A DNA stretch of 63,997 nt, filler included, from Dimargaris cristalligena (Eukaryota), in assembly GCA_003614675.1 (NCBI GenBank). It is 12 parts of 12 records of this genome, joined end to end, with 100 filler letters (N's around TTAATTAATTAA, not from the genome) between each part and the next. Parts side by side here need not be neighbours in the genome. Positions count along the whole stretch, not along the records: positions 21,697 to 27,003 come from ML003652.1; positions 27,104 to 32,375 come from ML003653.1; positions 32,476 to 37,771 come from ML003654.1; 9 more parts are not named here. The stretch is one strand, 5' to 3'. The notes under the pieces were generated by a model. That model had not been told where the DNA came from. It saw only the letters and a list, made by a program, of their open reading frames with translations, and made no database searches. The first letter of the stretch is position 1. Every line of letters begins with the position of its first letter. The position numbers were made by a program, and so were the translations under genes. Positions 23,643 to 36,686 of this stretch are shown here, one piece after another.

Positions 23643-26600
23643 CTTGAAAAGATTGGGCGAATTTGGGTATTTCAAAGCGTAACAAGAGTCACTTCAATCC
23701 GATTAATAGAAAATATATAGTAGAATAGTCTGTAAAAATGTTTGCATCGAGCAGTGAGAAAAAAATGATAGGACATAGGTGGATATTGTCAGTGACATTG
23801 GGGCGGCGGTCCTAGCGTATATATAATCGAAAAATTGGGGTGGGGTAGATGGGCCAAACATTAGGAATTTAAAGGAACTCCCAGTACCCTTCCCCATAAT
23901 TGCTTCAAATATCAAAGAAATACTGTTTCACCAAAGGAATAGCTACCACCAATACTGAACCCCCTCTTCCGCTGATTTGAGGGCTTGTGAGATGCAATTC
24001 CTAAATCGATCATGTACCACCATTCGATAATTTTGACCAAGTTTGATACTAACTTAATGACTGGATTTATCCATACTCGTCATTTTGGCTGGGGGGTTTA
24101 TCACCTCCATTGCCTAATATAAACATTAAGATAGGTATATAATAGTTAGTCAGAGGAAACATAGCTCCACGGGCACATGTTCATTTCGGATTTTCGCCTC
24201 GGTTGGAAATTGGGGAGAGGGTGTACTCTACTATTTTTTTGATTTTTTTGGTATTACTACCTTATATTTTTTATATAATATAAAATCATCCAAAAGAGTA
24301 GCCATCCGATGGGAAGAAGTAAATTTCCAATCGATCAGTTCTTAAGGGACCGGGTGGTTGAGCATAAGCAGTGTAACCCGCAATGGTTGTACAGCGCATG
24401 CCGGGGTGAGGCCGAATTAGTGCGCATCACCCCCTTAGGCCGAGAGGCGTCATTAGAGTAACGCCAAGATTCTGCGTCGCCTGCAACCATTTTTTATCGA
24501 TTTCGTGTTTTAAAAGATAAACGCGCCGGTATCACCCCTGGAAATCCAGCCAACGCATAAAGAAGCTGGGTATATGGCTCAGCAGAAATTCGAAGTTGGC
24601 GTATTCGAGATTGTGATTTTTATTCGATTTTTTTTTAAAGAAATAGAAATACGGCAGGCCGCTGTAGGACTTTAGTGGGAGGAGGGGCTGGTGGAACTCC
24701 GACTTACTGCATCAAGACACACTCCTAGGGTTGCACGAGTCGGACCAACCCCCTTTGACATGTCTATCCATTTTCACTCGATTTGTTTTCATAATCGGGC
24801 CGCCACTCCAGCGCAAGTCTTCCACCTCACCTTTATCGTAGACCGACCCCACATCTTAATGTAAGTGAGCCAAGCCTATTATCATGTTGATTTTCAGACC
24901 ATCTTTACTGGTCTAGGATCTTTTAGGTGGGATGTCGGATTAGATTTAACCACTAGGTCCGTACGGTAATTGCCGCAAGGTACTGCCATGTAATCGTCTT
25001 TTGGGTAGAGGATGGATTTAATTGATGATTGAAGTACGAGAAGTACTACGTTTAGGACGTGGAGGAGGGGGGTTGGAAGTGGTGAATGCGAAATTAAGGC
25101 ACCTTCCCTTAGCCGGCGCCTTATGGCTTCGCCGCTGGTTAGAAGCTGCTTCTCACGACCACAAATGGCTTAGTTGATAAATAAACCCCCGAGACCAATT
25201 CGTTCCGACGACCACTATACTGACCCATGAGCTCCTACAATTTGTCTGGTTTCACTAAAAAGCATACCCCACCTTAGACATATCATTACAAGGTGACTTT
25301 CGGAAGGTTGGCTAAGCTAGTGATGGGAAAAAAACTGACTGGAGGTGGCACAGGCAGGGGGGACCTTGTGGTCGGTCTGCATATGCCGTCAACTGAAAAC
25401 GTCATGATGGGGCAGTCGTGATTGTAGATAAATATTTCCGATACGCGATAAATGAAAAACAGTAGGTGGGGGGAGAACTGGGCTTTAAAGGTGGCCGTTA
25501 TGACTTGGCTAGTATTAATAAGTAGATGGAGTAAAGCTGAGTATATCGGTAATAATAAAGTGCCACGACTAATCGACGGAGGTGCGGGGAATTTAAAAGG
25601 AACCCATGCCCCATAGCCAAGAAAATATGGCCAAATTTTGCTATTCATTGGAACCCACACAGTAATTAATGCGTGTAGAAATACCAATCCGTTGGGCGAC
25701 TAAAGAGTAGTCAGAACGATCGTATGTGGGCCGCCGTAGTCTATAAACATATCCCCTCCCCTATATTAAGGGGTAATCTGGGGAGTTTTGAAACCGCCCC
25801 GGAATGCCATATTCAGACATTATTTAACCATGTCCTGAAAAGAAATTAAGGCCCACTTAACAAATCGTGTGATACAACCGTCTGTGGCCATGAGGACCAA
25901 GAAGACGTCCAGAGTATAAAGGCTATCAAGGTAAAAAACTTGTGATTACAGTAGGCCACTACTTCCTGGATCCAACTGGAACTAAACTAAGGGCATTGGA
26001 AACAAAATTTAGCAATATGTATTGTCCTTACCATTCTCTATTACAGCCACCATATGTGGCTAACAATCCAGAACCCAGGACAACACCATACCCCATTAAT
26101 AATAAGGAGTTTATACTATCAAATCCTTTTATTGCAATTATATCCAGCAGAGAGACATTAAATGGTCACAGTCCCATTTGGCCAACAGGAAAATACAGAG
26201 TATATGTAGTGGATTAGGATTCTTAAATAGCTATTATTCTTATAAGGCCTGCCTTGGGCCAGGTCTTATCACTATTACTTCTATACAACCCCACAGTGCC
26301 ATCCAAGTATATGAATACCCTACCTATCTTGGAACCTGGCTATGTCTTATCTTACACTCCTGTTTCTTTAACAACCCACTATACTCCTGTTCTATGATTA
26401 GTAAATGTGTATTGTTACTATTAACTATTTCCACCTTATATGCTATCGACCATACCTGTTGAGTAAAGCTTTGGCTGGAAGTATTCCCAGTGCTATACCT
26501 GATAGAAACCTGCTCATATGGGCTCTTAGAAGGCTAAGAGGGGTTAAATGTGTTGCCAACGATTTGAGGGACTCTGCTGGCATGCCTTTGGGAGAGTCGG

Positions 26601-27169
26601 CAGGAGGGGGAACCTCTGGTTTCTTTCCACTAGATGGCTCACCATATTTCGTCATATAATGCGGAGTGTTAGACTTTGCTGGGTTCGAGGGGGTTGAGAC
26701 CAAGGTGGCCTTGGGGAAGTCGCCGCTGAGTTCCTGGTCGTCTATTGCATCGTACATTGTTGTCTCGCATCGTTGGTTGTTAAAGAAAATATAAAATAAA
26801 AATATTATAAAAAAAATGGTGTAATCAATTTAGTACTTGGAGGTACTAAAACTTCGAACTGAATAAATAAAAATAAGTAAATCAGAGCAGTAGCAATAAA
26901 ATAACTGATAATAATAAAACTGGGTAAAAGGTTAATCGTCGGTATCATCTGGTGAAGTTAAAACAGATATTTATTCATTTATCTCGAAACTAACTTGTCC
27001 CTTNNNNNNNNNNNNNNNNNNNNNNNNNNNNNNNNNNNNNNNNNNNNTTAATTAATTAANNNNNNNNNNNNNNNNNNNNNNNNNNNNNNNNNNNNNNNNN
27101 NNNAGACGTTTATTACTGTTTAAACTTTACTTTTCACTATTCTCCTGCTATTGCACAACACGTTCAAGG

Positions 27170-27242
27170 GCCTGTTTGGCTCAGTTGGCAGAGCGTCTGC
27201 CTAGTAAGCAGAAGGTCTTCAGTTCGATTCTGGAAATAGGCA
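27170..27242 (+). tRNA. tRNA-Thr(AGT)
   Basis: Acceptor stem GCCTGTT/AATAGGC, D arm GCTC..GAGC, anticodon arm TCTGC-CTAGTAA-GCAGA, T loop TTCGATT, followed by T-runs (Pol III terminator). Confidence 0.95.
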
Positions 27243-27309
27243 CATATTTTTGCTTTTGAACACTTTTTTTTTTTGACTTTAGTATCCCCCCCTTTTTTTT
27301 TAATTGATT

Positions 27310-28600
27310 ATTCCAAAATATTGGCCCAGGCTAAATTATTATCCCTCTAGTCTGAGTAAATATCTGTAAGAGTACGGGCAGGGGTTGCATTAATATATAT
27401 TTAATTTACTAGCTGTATTTCCATAGTACAAGGGGTTAAATGTAATAACAAGGCTTTCATATGGGCTGAGAACTAACAGTATAATAATATAATATTATGC
27501 ATTATTTAATATAGAATAGGAAACAAATCCTAAGTGTGAGCTGTGGCTGTGGGCTAAATACTAATATTCCTAGGGGAAGATGCAACTATAATTTCTACAT
27601 TATATAATAATAAATTACTTATTTATAAATGTACATTAGTTAGTGTCTGGGGGTATTCAGAGGTCTCAAATATAAATATACAGTAATTTGGGAACTTACC
27701 ACATTGCCTTCTAGAAATCAACCCAAATTAAGAAACTCAAATTGGGTTTCTTAAATAATATTCTTAGTTCTAAGGTCTGATTTGGACCAGATATTACCTA
27801 ATGATATCTTACTTTGGCCATTTCTACCACCTTTAAGCACATATTTAACATATCTCATCCACAGTTACATACTTTCTAGGTAATACTATTGGACTGCATC
27901 TCCCCCCTAAATACCATTTACTGTATCAGGTATTTTGAGTGATCCTGTTGGTCAAAACTACACTCAATAAATAACACTGTGATGAGCTTAATTCTCATCT
28001 TGCAGTTCTTTCCTACTTCTATCTATCTTAAAATAAACTTCATCTTTAGTCTATCTCAGATTATAATTAAGAGAATCTGCTGTTACACCAACAAATACTA
28101 TGTTATTATATTGCCCAGTTATATCTTCCAGCATCTTCTGATTCTGATTCTGATTTATATTTATATCATTAGTTTGCTTGGCATTATAAATCTCCATTTC
28201 TATCCATTTTTGTGTATTCAAAGAGTCCACTCCTCCTAGGCATAGATATTACTGTATTTACTAAGGTTTTCCCCTGCCGCATTAGCCACTGTAATAGGTT
28301 AATCTTTATATTTGGTGCTCTAAAGTTAAACTCCTCCTACCCATCAAGCATTATAATTCATAGTCACTAGGGGCCATTGAAGTCCACCCCCAATTCCTCC
28401 AGCTAGGGGGCTAGGTTTCCTATTTGAAGCCTATAGCTGGCTAAAGTGATGCTGGGGCCCACTGATGCTATAATGGCATGGTATGCATTAAAGAGGATTG
28501 TTATGCCACTTTCTTAGTGCAACCTATGGATTGACTTTATTGCTGGAATATGCCCACTGCCATGGAGCTCCCCATCAAAAACACCACCATTGAAATATTT
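27310..28600. repeat. Degenerate, CpG-depleted, TpA-rich tract, probably a decayed transposon
   Basis: Essentially no CG dinucleotides over more than 1.2 kb, like the LTR copies. No recognisable ORF. Confidence 0.4.
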
Positions 28601-28623
28601 AATAGATTGAAGGTTTAAGTAAT

Positions 28624-29157
28624 TTAAACCTCATATTTTTGGGGACAAATATGTTTGCGTTGCTGACACTTAGAATGTAGGACGTGTGAACATTTATGAC
28701 ATTGATAGTCAGTGACGGGTTTCTTTCCAGGTCCGAATCGACGTTTATGGAGTTGGTGCCGCCGTGTGCACTTTTTTTGACAATCTGGACAGACGTAAGT
28801 GAGCGAACCACATGGATACCTGCAGTATAAAGTTAAATGAATTGCCCGGGCGAACTGGCGGGAGCATTTAGAGCAGCTATAGGAAATATTGCATGGCTTC
28901 TTGGTGTGGCTATCAAATGACTTGCTTCCGGTCAGTCTAATTTGGCACTTGGGACATCTGATTGGCTGATGTACATCCTCGTAATGCTTTTGTAGAGCAT
29001 GGGAACTGGTATATGAAGTATTGCATATGGTACACGGATAGGACAGCAATACCTTATGATTTGGGTTGTGGGAGGCATTGTCGTCAATGCCGGCTGATAG
29101 CCATTTTTTGCAAGTCCAGCAATATGCAACCGCCGGGCGAGGCGGATCACCCAACAA
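28624..29157 (-). CDS. Exon encoding 5-6 C2H2/C2HC-type zinc fingers; no in-frame ATG, possibly the 3' exon of a pseudogene
   Basis: CTICNTSYTSSHALQKHYEDVH, CPKCQIRLTGSKSFDSH, CSKCSRQFARAIHL, CPDC, CHKC...RKHIC. Confidence 0.7.
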   Translation of the reverse strand: MLGDPPRPAVAYCWTCKKWLSAGIDDNASHNPNHKVLLSYPCTICNTSYTSSHALQKHYEDVHQPIRCPKCQIRLTGSKSFDSHTKKPCNISYSCSKCSRQFARAIHLTLYCRYPCGSLTYVCPDCQKKCTRRHQLHKRRFGPGKKPVTDYQCHKCSHVLHSKCQQRKHICPQKYEV

Positions 29158-29399
29158 TAGAGCAATTAGAGCATGCGACCAATGAAATCGTCCTGCTCAT
29201 TCCTCCCCCTATATCCGCCCCCACCGGGCAAGTAGTGAGCAGTAGCCGCCTAAGCCAGCAAGGCAACCAAACGAATAGTATATAACAAAAGGACATGGTA
29301 TAATCTCAACTCCTTAAGTTTCAATTTAATAATCAATAAATAACTCTTTAGAAGCTTTCTTTGCCCAACTCGGCACCTTGTTATTTTGTCAATCCTTAC

Positions 29400-29930
29400 C
29401 TCTTTTGGAAAATCGGTTAACCCATAGGTCCCACTCGACCCAAACCGTTACAAATACCGCTCATCCATCACACTATTATGCTGGTTTGGGATGGCGGGGT
29501 TGTCCTGGTGGTCACCTCCACCGTCACCTGGCATATCCTTGTTGATCATGACCTAAGTGCCATTGTCTCAATGATCACCACTATGGTCGTCATTGTAGCT
29601 GCCACCGTCAGACTTGCTACCGGCATCGTCCCCAACACCACTTGGTCCCGAGGCTCAACTACCGCCCTTCCATCATAAAGGGGAGTTCATGTGGGTATCT
29701 AGTTTACCTGTCTCGGCAATATCTAGGCTGACGTTGTAGGGATACTGGAGAGTTTTTGGCTCAACTGGCGAGTTGCTTGGTGCACCAAAATCATTCAAGA
29801 TGAAATTGAGCGACATGGGGTTGGGCTTTGTTAAGGACACTGAGGTGGGTTCGTAAATGGACCTGCCCACCAGCCCCTGCAAACACCCGAGTAGGGTAAT
29901 TCCAACTGCCCAATATACCGGTTTATGCAT
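29400..29930 (-). pseudogene. Disrupted 5' exon of a secreted protein
   Basis: Signal peptide MHKPVYWAVGITLLGCLQGLVG with TATA-like elements upstream. After a stop/frameshift a D/G-rich frame with internal stops continues to a GAG|GTAAGG donor at 29400/29399. Confidence 0.5.
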
Positions 29931-32475
29931 AGAAGCTACTAATCGCGAAAAAGTGAACTTGGGGGGGGGGGCGTGGTAGTAATTTAAATAGTACCGAATG
30001 GTGCGCTGGAAGTATCAGTATACTGTTGGGCTAAATGAGGAAATGGACAGAGCAGAAATGAGGCTATAAATGCCACTGCCCCTAACAGCTTTTAAAATAA
30101 TATATAAATACGTAGTGTAATTCTGAAGCAAATATATAAACACTTCAAAATCATAGCACTTAAGCCGAATCGTGGGCTATATAAATAGACTATACCTGGG
30201 AGGATATGGTGGACTCGCAAGCAGAAACATGGACTTTCGCACCTGTTCTCGTATTTTGATAAGAGGTTATTTTAATAGCCACCCATTAACAAACACACCT
30301 AGATTCTGGCGATTGGGTACAAGGGTTGTTGGGCTTTTCGTTCCCGGCTGGCATATTTCTGTTGGGCCGCTGCGTTATCCCCAAAGGTCATCTAGGTATC
30401 ACAGTTGGACATTGGACGGCTCTGATTGAACTTGTAGCCCAACAATGGCTGTGTCACAAGAGTATCTGGAAGTAAATTAGGAGACACGGCATTTGAACAG
30501 CTTATACACGAGAAAAGCGATACAAGTATAATAGGAGCCACTAATGCCTTTTGGCAAAAAATAATATTCATAAAATATCGGTACACTGGTTCTTAGATAT
30601 GATATACTCTTAAAAATGACTCGGGCAGCCCCACTTGGGCTTGTGGCTTTGATGTGTCTCCCAATATCTATATACCCAGGAATCTTCAAGTTTACACAAT
30701 CCTAAGCCCCCTCCTCCTGGAATAATATTGCACCACATCGATATAACGTCGCTCATTTGACCTTCTCGAGGCATAATGTATGTTTATTTGGTACTTCTAT
30801 TAAGGTCGCTCTTTACAGTTGAAAAGGCCTCGCAGAAATACCACACTTTTCTAAAACACCGGTCATTCATTATGTTTAAACACTGTGACACTGGGGGGTC
30901 TGGACTACCGGTTGCTAACATACTTATTTATTATACCTATTTATAATGCCGTCTGGCACGTCGTGATCTACTATCAACGGTAGATATCACATCCCGCCTA
31001 AAATTAATCCACCAAACCTATGAATGGCATGCTTTCATCCAGTCTATGTTTATTCCGCTAGCCTTATACCATCGATATTGCTACTTGCTTTTGTAATTTT
31101 TTTTATCGTTGATGTATTTCCAGAGATTTAATATAGCATCAACTTATCTTCCAATCCTTTTGTATCTCCTCAGTGAAGCAACTGCCGCCCTTATAACATT
31201 CTATCTTGGATATCAAATATTTTGGAATACTGTGAGAGAAATTAAACGGTCGCTTACTCATTGATGTTTAGATTTTGAGAATACAGTTTGTAAATAAATT
31301 TTTGATATTTTTGCTAGTATTTATAGGCACTTCGGCCAATATAATCACATATTTTCTACATACCCACCCAATGCCAAGCATGGGCTCCAGCACCACCGAA
31401 TCCAGTTTTCCCGCGTCCTTGAGTAACACCATACCTGTTAATTGGGGGCCGTCCATTTTAGTGTTTATATATTTAGAGAAGGATGTCGGGGTCATATCGT
31501 ACACTCTTACACCTAATATGTCGTAGGCGGAGCAACCCGGTACCACAAAGTTATAGGCCTTATTTGTGACAATTGAATAACCACAGACTACCAGGGTACA
31601 TATTAATTAATTAGCTAGTTGGATATAAATAGGAAGGGGTGAACGATAGTCCTACTAGATTATACTCGATAAAAGGCATATGATCAATTCTCAAGAATAT
31701 ATAAACACCAAAATTACAATATAAATAATATGTAATTGTTAACAACGACTTAATAGGCCGTCTGTTTTCAATTTCTTCTCCACTTCACTTACCAAGTAAA
31801 TTAGATGTGATGGATAGCCTAGATTCACGGCTATAGTTGCCTTAGATCCACAGGTGTGTGAATATGGTGGTTCTTTGGCGAATTTCAATATTTTCTGGTT
31901 AAGCTCTCCTTTATGGCTCACCTAGAACCCAGACCACTCGATTGAAATACCACCTCAATAATTTTCAAAAATAAAAAATCAATGCCAAAATTTATACAAA
32001 TACATTTACCAATAGCAGCTCGCATTAAAATCTTGAATTATCCAGACACCAAATTCCAGGACAGGCTATTGGCCCCCTAAGCCTAGTTAACCACTGTATG
32101 GTTTAGTACTATTACCAAATTCATGACATCGTCATATCCAAGCTCATTTTCCGAATACATAGTTACAAATAATCCCCCTTCGTGACAAACTACTAGATAC
32201 TGGCAAATACTACTGTTCAGGAATGCAGCCCATTAATCCCAAAAAAATCTTCAGATTACGGTAGCAATATAGAGACTGAAATTCAACACACAAGGGCAGT
32301 GGCGGTGGGCTTTGACCGGAATGAGTGGCAGGATTTCATGGAAATATACCCACTCCCCATACCCTAGACAGCCCCNNNNNNNNNNNNNNNNNNNNNNNNN
32401 NNNNNNNNNNNNNNNNNNNTTAATTAATTAANNNNNNNNNNNNNNNNNNNNNNNNNNNNNNNNNNNNNNNNNNNN

Positions 32476-33230
32476 CTGTTAGAAGCCTACCCCCGAGACT
32501 CTTGACGGACTAAGAGTGGTTAACTCGGGCAACACTAACTGAATAAAGTAAGTGTCACTATGTATGCGGGGGACATGCACTGATACACACTTACTAGTCA
32601 GTATTGGGGGTGAGTATATATAGGGTTTATTGAGGTAAACTAAGGGGTCAGAATAAGCTAAGGTATTAACCGGTCCCCATGGGGGGCCCAGTTATATATA
32701 TATGGGGGACTACTCCAAGGGAGGTCCCGAGGGGAAACTATATAACTAAGATAATGATAGGGGGGGTGGGTGGTCCTTATATGAGTGGAGGCTTCCATGG
32801 GAACTGGAAGACACTAAGATCACCTAGGAGTGAGTAGTGCAAACTCTGGGGGGGTCCAGCCGGTAAGATGATATATATGATATCCAGCCCCATTAGGACC
32901 AGGGGTACAATATGGCACTATACGGCCTGCTATGATGGCAATCATTAGTGGATAGATTAGGTCGGATTAGGAGGGCCAATAGATTCCTTAGCTTATTCTT
33001 ACCCCCTAGTTTACTTTAATAAATTTTATATACACTCACTCCCCTTTGTACTAACTAGTAAGTGTGCCCACTGCATATCCCTTGCCTATACCTGCACTTA
33101 GCCTTTATTAGTTAGTACTGTGCCTGTACCTGATACTAGCAGCCCACTTAGCCAAGCCTAAGCCCCACCTACTGTTAGAAGCCTATCCCTGGCACTCTTA
33201 ATGGACTAAGAGTGGTTAACCCAGATAACA
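32476..33230. mobile_element. Nest of LTR family A pieces: + end (32476-32534), inverted diverged copy (about 32535-32972), + 3' half (about 32975-33230)
   Basis: Direct and reverse-complement matches to 9760-10078, e.g. TTAGCTTATTCTTACCCC versus GGGGTCAGAATAAGCTAA. Confidence 0.75.
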
Positions 33231-35912
33231 AATACTATTACTAATAATATTGGGAAAATATCAGGTAATATTCAATATTAAAGCCACTTGGGAATACAAC
33301 AGATTCCTCAATATAGAAACTCATTTCCTGGAGATGTGGATATAATAATGGTATACCTTTATTGAAAGGTTGGGAAAGCTAGTAGTATTTATACTACACT
33401 AGTGGGTGCAATAATAAAAACAAGTCATATTCAGTTGGCAACAGAGACCAAATGTTGGATATTGCGGATTCTGTTAAGAATTGTGGTAGCATTAGGAATC
33501 ATTAAATGGGTGGAAATGTCAGGGTTCTGACCTCAATTGGAAGGTGAACACACAGGCACAAACCGGTATCTCCCAGGTTGGGCCCGCATTTATTCCGGCT
33601 GGCAATGCATGTCACACACAGTGATAAAAACTTCCAAGAAAAGGGGGACCGATACAGTAAATATAAATCAGGCAAACCTCATTCCAACAATCAATTGTCG
33701 AGGTACTATTAGTATAACCAGGTTGGTTAATGGAGGACTGTAGGTTGCGTTTCCACTGGTCGCCGTCACCAACAACTGAAGCCCTTTCACTAAACTGTGG
33801 CAACCTACCATTAACGACTACATAGATTGGCCTGAATCCTGTGTTACCATAGGAGACAGAGCTACTCTATTGTAGTTGGGGACTGCGGTCAGCATTCCGG
33901 GACTTTGCACTTTTCATCCTTTAGTGACATTGTAGGCCACTATATTATGTATGCTACCTTCATTATCACTATCACTAAATTTTACTATAAAATATTCGTA
34001 CTACTAGTCGTTAACCAAGATAAGAAATTGATGAGCAGCATACATGCACTTTTTGTAAGCAACAATATTCTAATTATAGACCGCTAAATACGACTGATAT
34101 GCTTTAGCCTGGTTTTCGCTGCGCTTAAACCCTGGATACCCACCCACAAGTGTAGCCAAAGTCGGTGAATGTCTTTGAGGATGCTAATTATTATCACGGT
34201 GATTATTATTCGATGAGTATGCAAACTTACGGCGGGACTTTCACACTAACGATGGTGAGCTAAACCAGACCGTTCTCTCCAAGAGACGTCAGCTATCTAG
34301 TCTGGCGAGTAGCACAAAAGTAGAGTTGAGCTTTATCTAATAGTTATACATATATAAAGGATATGGGCATACCCGAATAATTTATGGATATATAAAGCAA
34401 AGCCACCCTCATAATGGACAAATAGCGTCCAGGGCCACAAAAATACATTAGGAAACGGCCTATTGAACTACGATTATGACAACTACATTGGACTTTAAAT
34501 ACCAATATTGGCTAATTGGTATTGTCTATTGGCAGATAAAATAGTAATCACATGTATAGTACCCTTATATCAACTCCCACAATGCGGCACGTTTCTAAAT
34601 AGGGTAGATAATGCCTGATAGCGATAATTGAAAATGGTCTTAATTATCGGGTATAGTCCAAATGCGGGGTTTTTACTATTATTTGAATGCCACGAATGCC
34701 GAGGGAGTGACAAAGGGCCTACTAACCTATATCCGAAGCAACCAAGAAGGAAAAGCAAGGTAAAGAGACATTCCCGGATGGACGTTGTTCTATAAGCAAA
34801 CTCATTGGTTTGCGAGTCTATTCCTATTATATAGCCCAATGCAATTTTTTGTGGTCCATCTGCACACCATAGGCACCAAGAACTCACTAATTCTCCACCC
34901 CAGCACTCCCGCCTAACCCGCTGAAATTATACCAACCGAACTGATGCCGAAGACACTGGTACAACTGACAAAACCAAAAGCCAGTCTAAATACCTGCCTC
35001 CATTTTGAACATCCGACCTCGCCGGCAATGTTCGTCGTTTTACTTTGGCGGCTGGAAAGCACCAGCAACCATGTATATCTGAAGGTTTAAAGGAGGCTTA
35101 AACATGGTATTGTGGTACGTAATCCTAACCCTGCCCTAGGCATGGTATTTATGAATGAATGGGTGACCGACATGCAGCTGAGTGGATTCGAATTAGTATA
35201 CACTCTACTGTAGACAGTTTACGAAGTACATGGTCACGGAAAATGGACTGTGGTTAACCAGTATCTGGCATGACAAGTAAGCCCGTTAACGGAGCTTAGG
35301 AACCAATTGGATACCATCCAATAGTTGACACAGTGGTCCAACCGTTGCCGTGAGGCTGACTTGTATATTAGTTGTAAAGCAGGGCTATGATTTATGTATC
35401 TAGAAGGTGAGATTGTCGATTTTTATTGCGATTACCACGGATATTAAGAGTAGAATGAGCTGAGGAATCACAGCCTAAAAAACCAAGGGGTAATATATAA
35501 ATAGAATACATAATGAGTTGTCAAAAAGCCGGGGTGGTTAGGGGACGAAAGGGGGGGGGGCAATAGAGGACAGTATGGAGGTCTGATAGAAGGGGGTGGA
35601 TTGGGATGGAAGGAAGAGCAGGGTGACTCATCGTCAGTTGGGAGGTAATAGAGATAGAAACGAAGGCATGCAATTCGAGACGAAGAGAGAGGCGCGGGTC
35701 GGATAGTAACACTTAAACTAGAGGACTAAGTAAATGGGGGGGGGACTATTCACAGAATGGGTAGGTAACGAGGCCTCGGCATCTCGAGGGTAAAGGTTGG
35801 CCCGAGCAGGCACTGCCGAAAAAGGGGCAATGGTGGATTATCGGCGGTGAGTAGCGGGTGGAGGTAGGTTGGTGGGGATTGTTAAAGGGAGGCAAATGGC
35901 CATCTGGCCTGT

Positions 35913-36686
35913 TTATCGATGCTTGCCACGGAAACTACGGTATTGGACAATGGCACCAATGAGCGCCAGGGCAATGGTCGACCCAATCATGGCATAGACC
36001 TTTGCGTTAGTCTGGTAGACCGCTGCGGTGTCTCCGCTGAAGAAGGCCGATAGCTGTTCACGGAACCCGGTTTTGGCGAACGAGTCGATACCAATCATCA
36101 TGGCGTAGGCACCCCACAGAGCAGTGGCAATAATTAGGACATGTTTCTCGAGGAAGAAGATGGCAATCATACCGGCGATAATAAGCAGCACCATGAGGAG
36201 GACGCGACCCCAAGTACTGGTGATCAGACCACCGTCCTTCAACGAGAGCAACCAGACCGACAGGGTGAAACCGCCCAGACCACCGATAAGGGCCAGACCG
36301 ATGAACCAGACACAGACACTAATGCAACCGCCGATGATACCACCGATAATAGCGGCCACGTAGTAGAGAATAGCGCGGGTGTTTTCATCCTCGCGGGGCG
36401 GGCGAATACGGAAGCACGCGAGTAGGACCAAGAGACCGAGGACACAGAAACCGGCGAGGAACAGGACCACCTTAAACAACCGACGACCGAAGAAACAGAA
36501 CATGAAGCCGATAATAATCAGTAGAATACCCGCGATGATATCCTGGGCGAGGATTTTGCTGGAGCCACCACTGCCGTCGTCGGCCCAGGCGGCAGTGAGA
36601 CAGGCTAGGACGGCGGCCATGTAGAGCCAGAAGCGGGTGGAGGCCGACCGCCAGTTCGGCAGGGAGGGGTGTTCAGTAAGCAACAT
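35913..36686 (-). CDS. TMEM198/DUF4203-family multi-pass membrane protein (257 aa from MLLTEHP)
   Basis: GFMFCFFGRRLFKVVLFLAGF, GGLGGF, IIATALWGAY...GIDSF and GAIVQY motifs; an N-terminal hydrophobic leader and about 7 TM helices. Confidence 0.85.
   Translation of the reverse strand: MLLTEHPSLPNWRSASTRFWLYMAAVLACLTAAWADDGSGGSSKILAQDIIAGILLIIIGFMFCFFGRRLFKVVLFLAGFCVLGLLVLLACFRIRPPREDENTRAILYYVAAIIGGIIGGCISVCVWFIGLALIGGLGGFTLSVWLLSLKDGGLITSTWGRVLLMVLLIIAGMIAIFFLEKHVLIIATALWGAYAMMIGIDSFAKTGFREQLSAFFSGDTAAVYQTNAKVYAMIGSTIALALIGAIVQYRSFRGKHR

Noticed and set aside
25940..26757. ORF 26443-26757 and adjacent CpG-poor tract as a specific gag or RT gene
   Set aside because: There is no diagnostic motif. 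It is probably TE-derived but cannot be classified from sequence alone.
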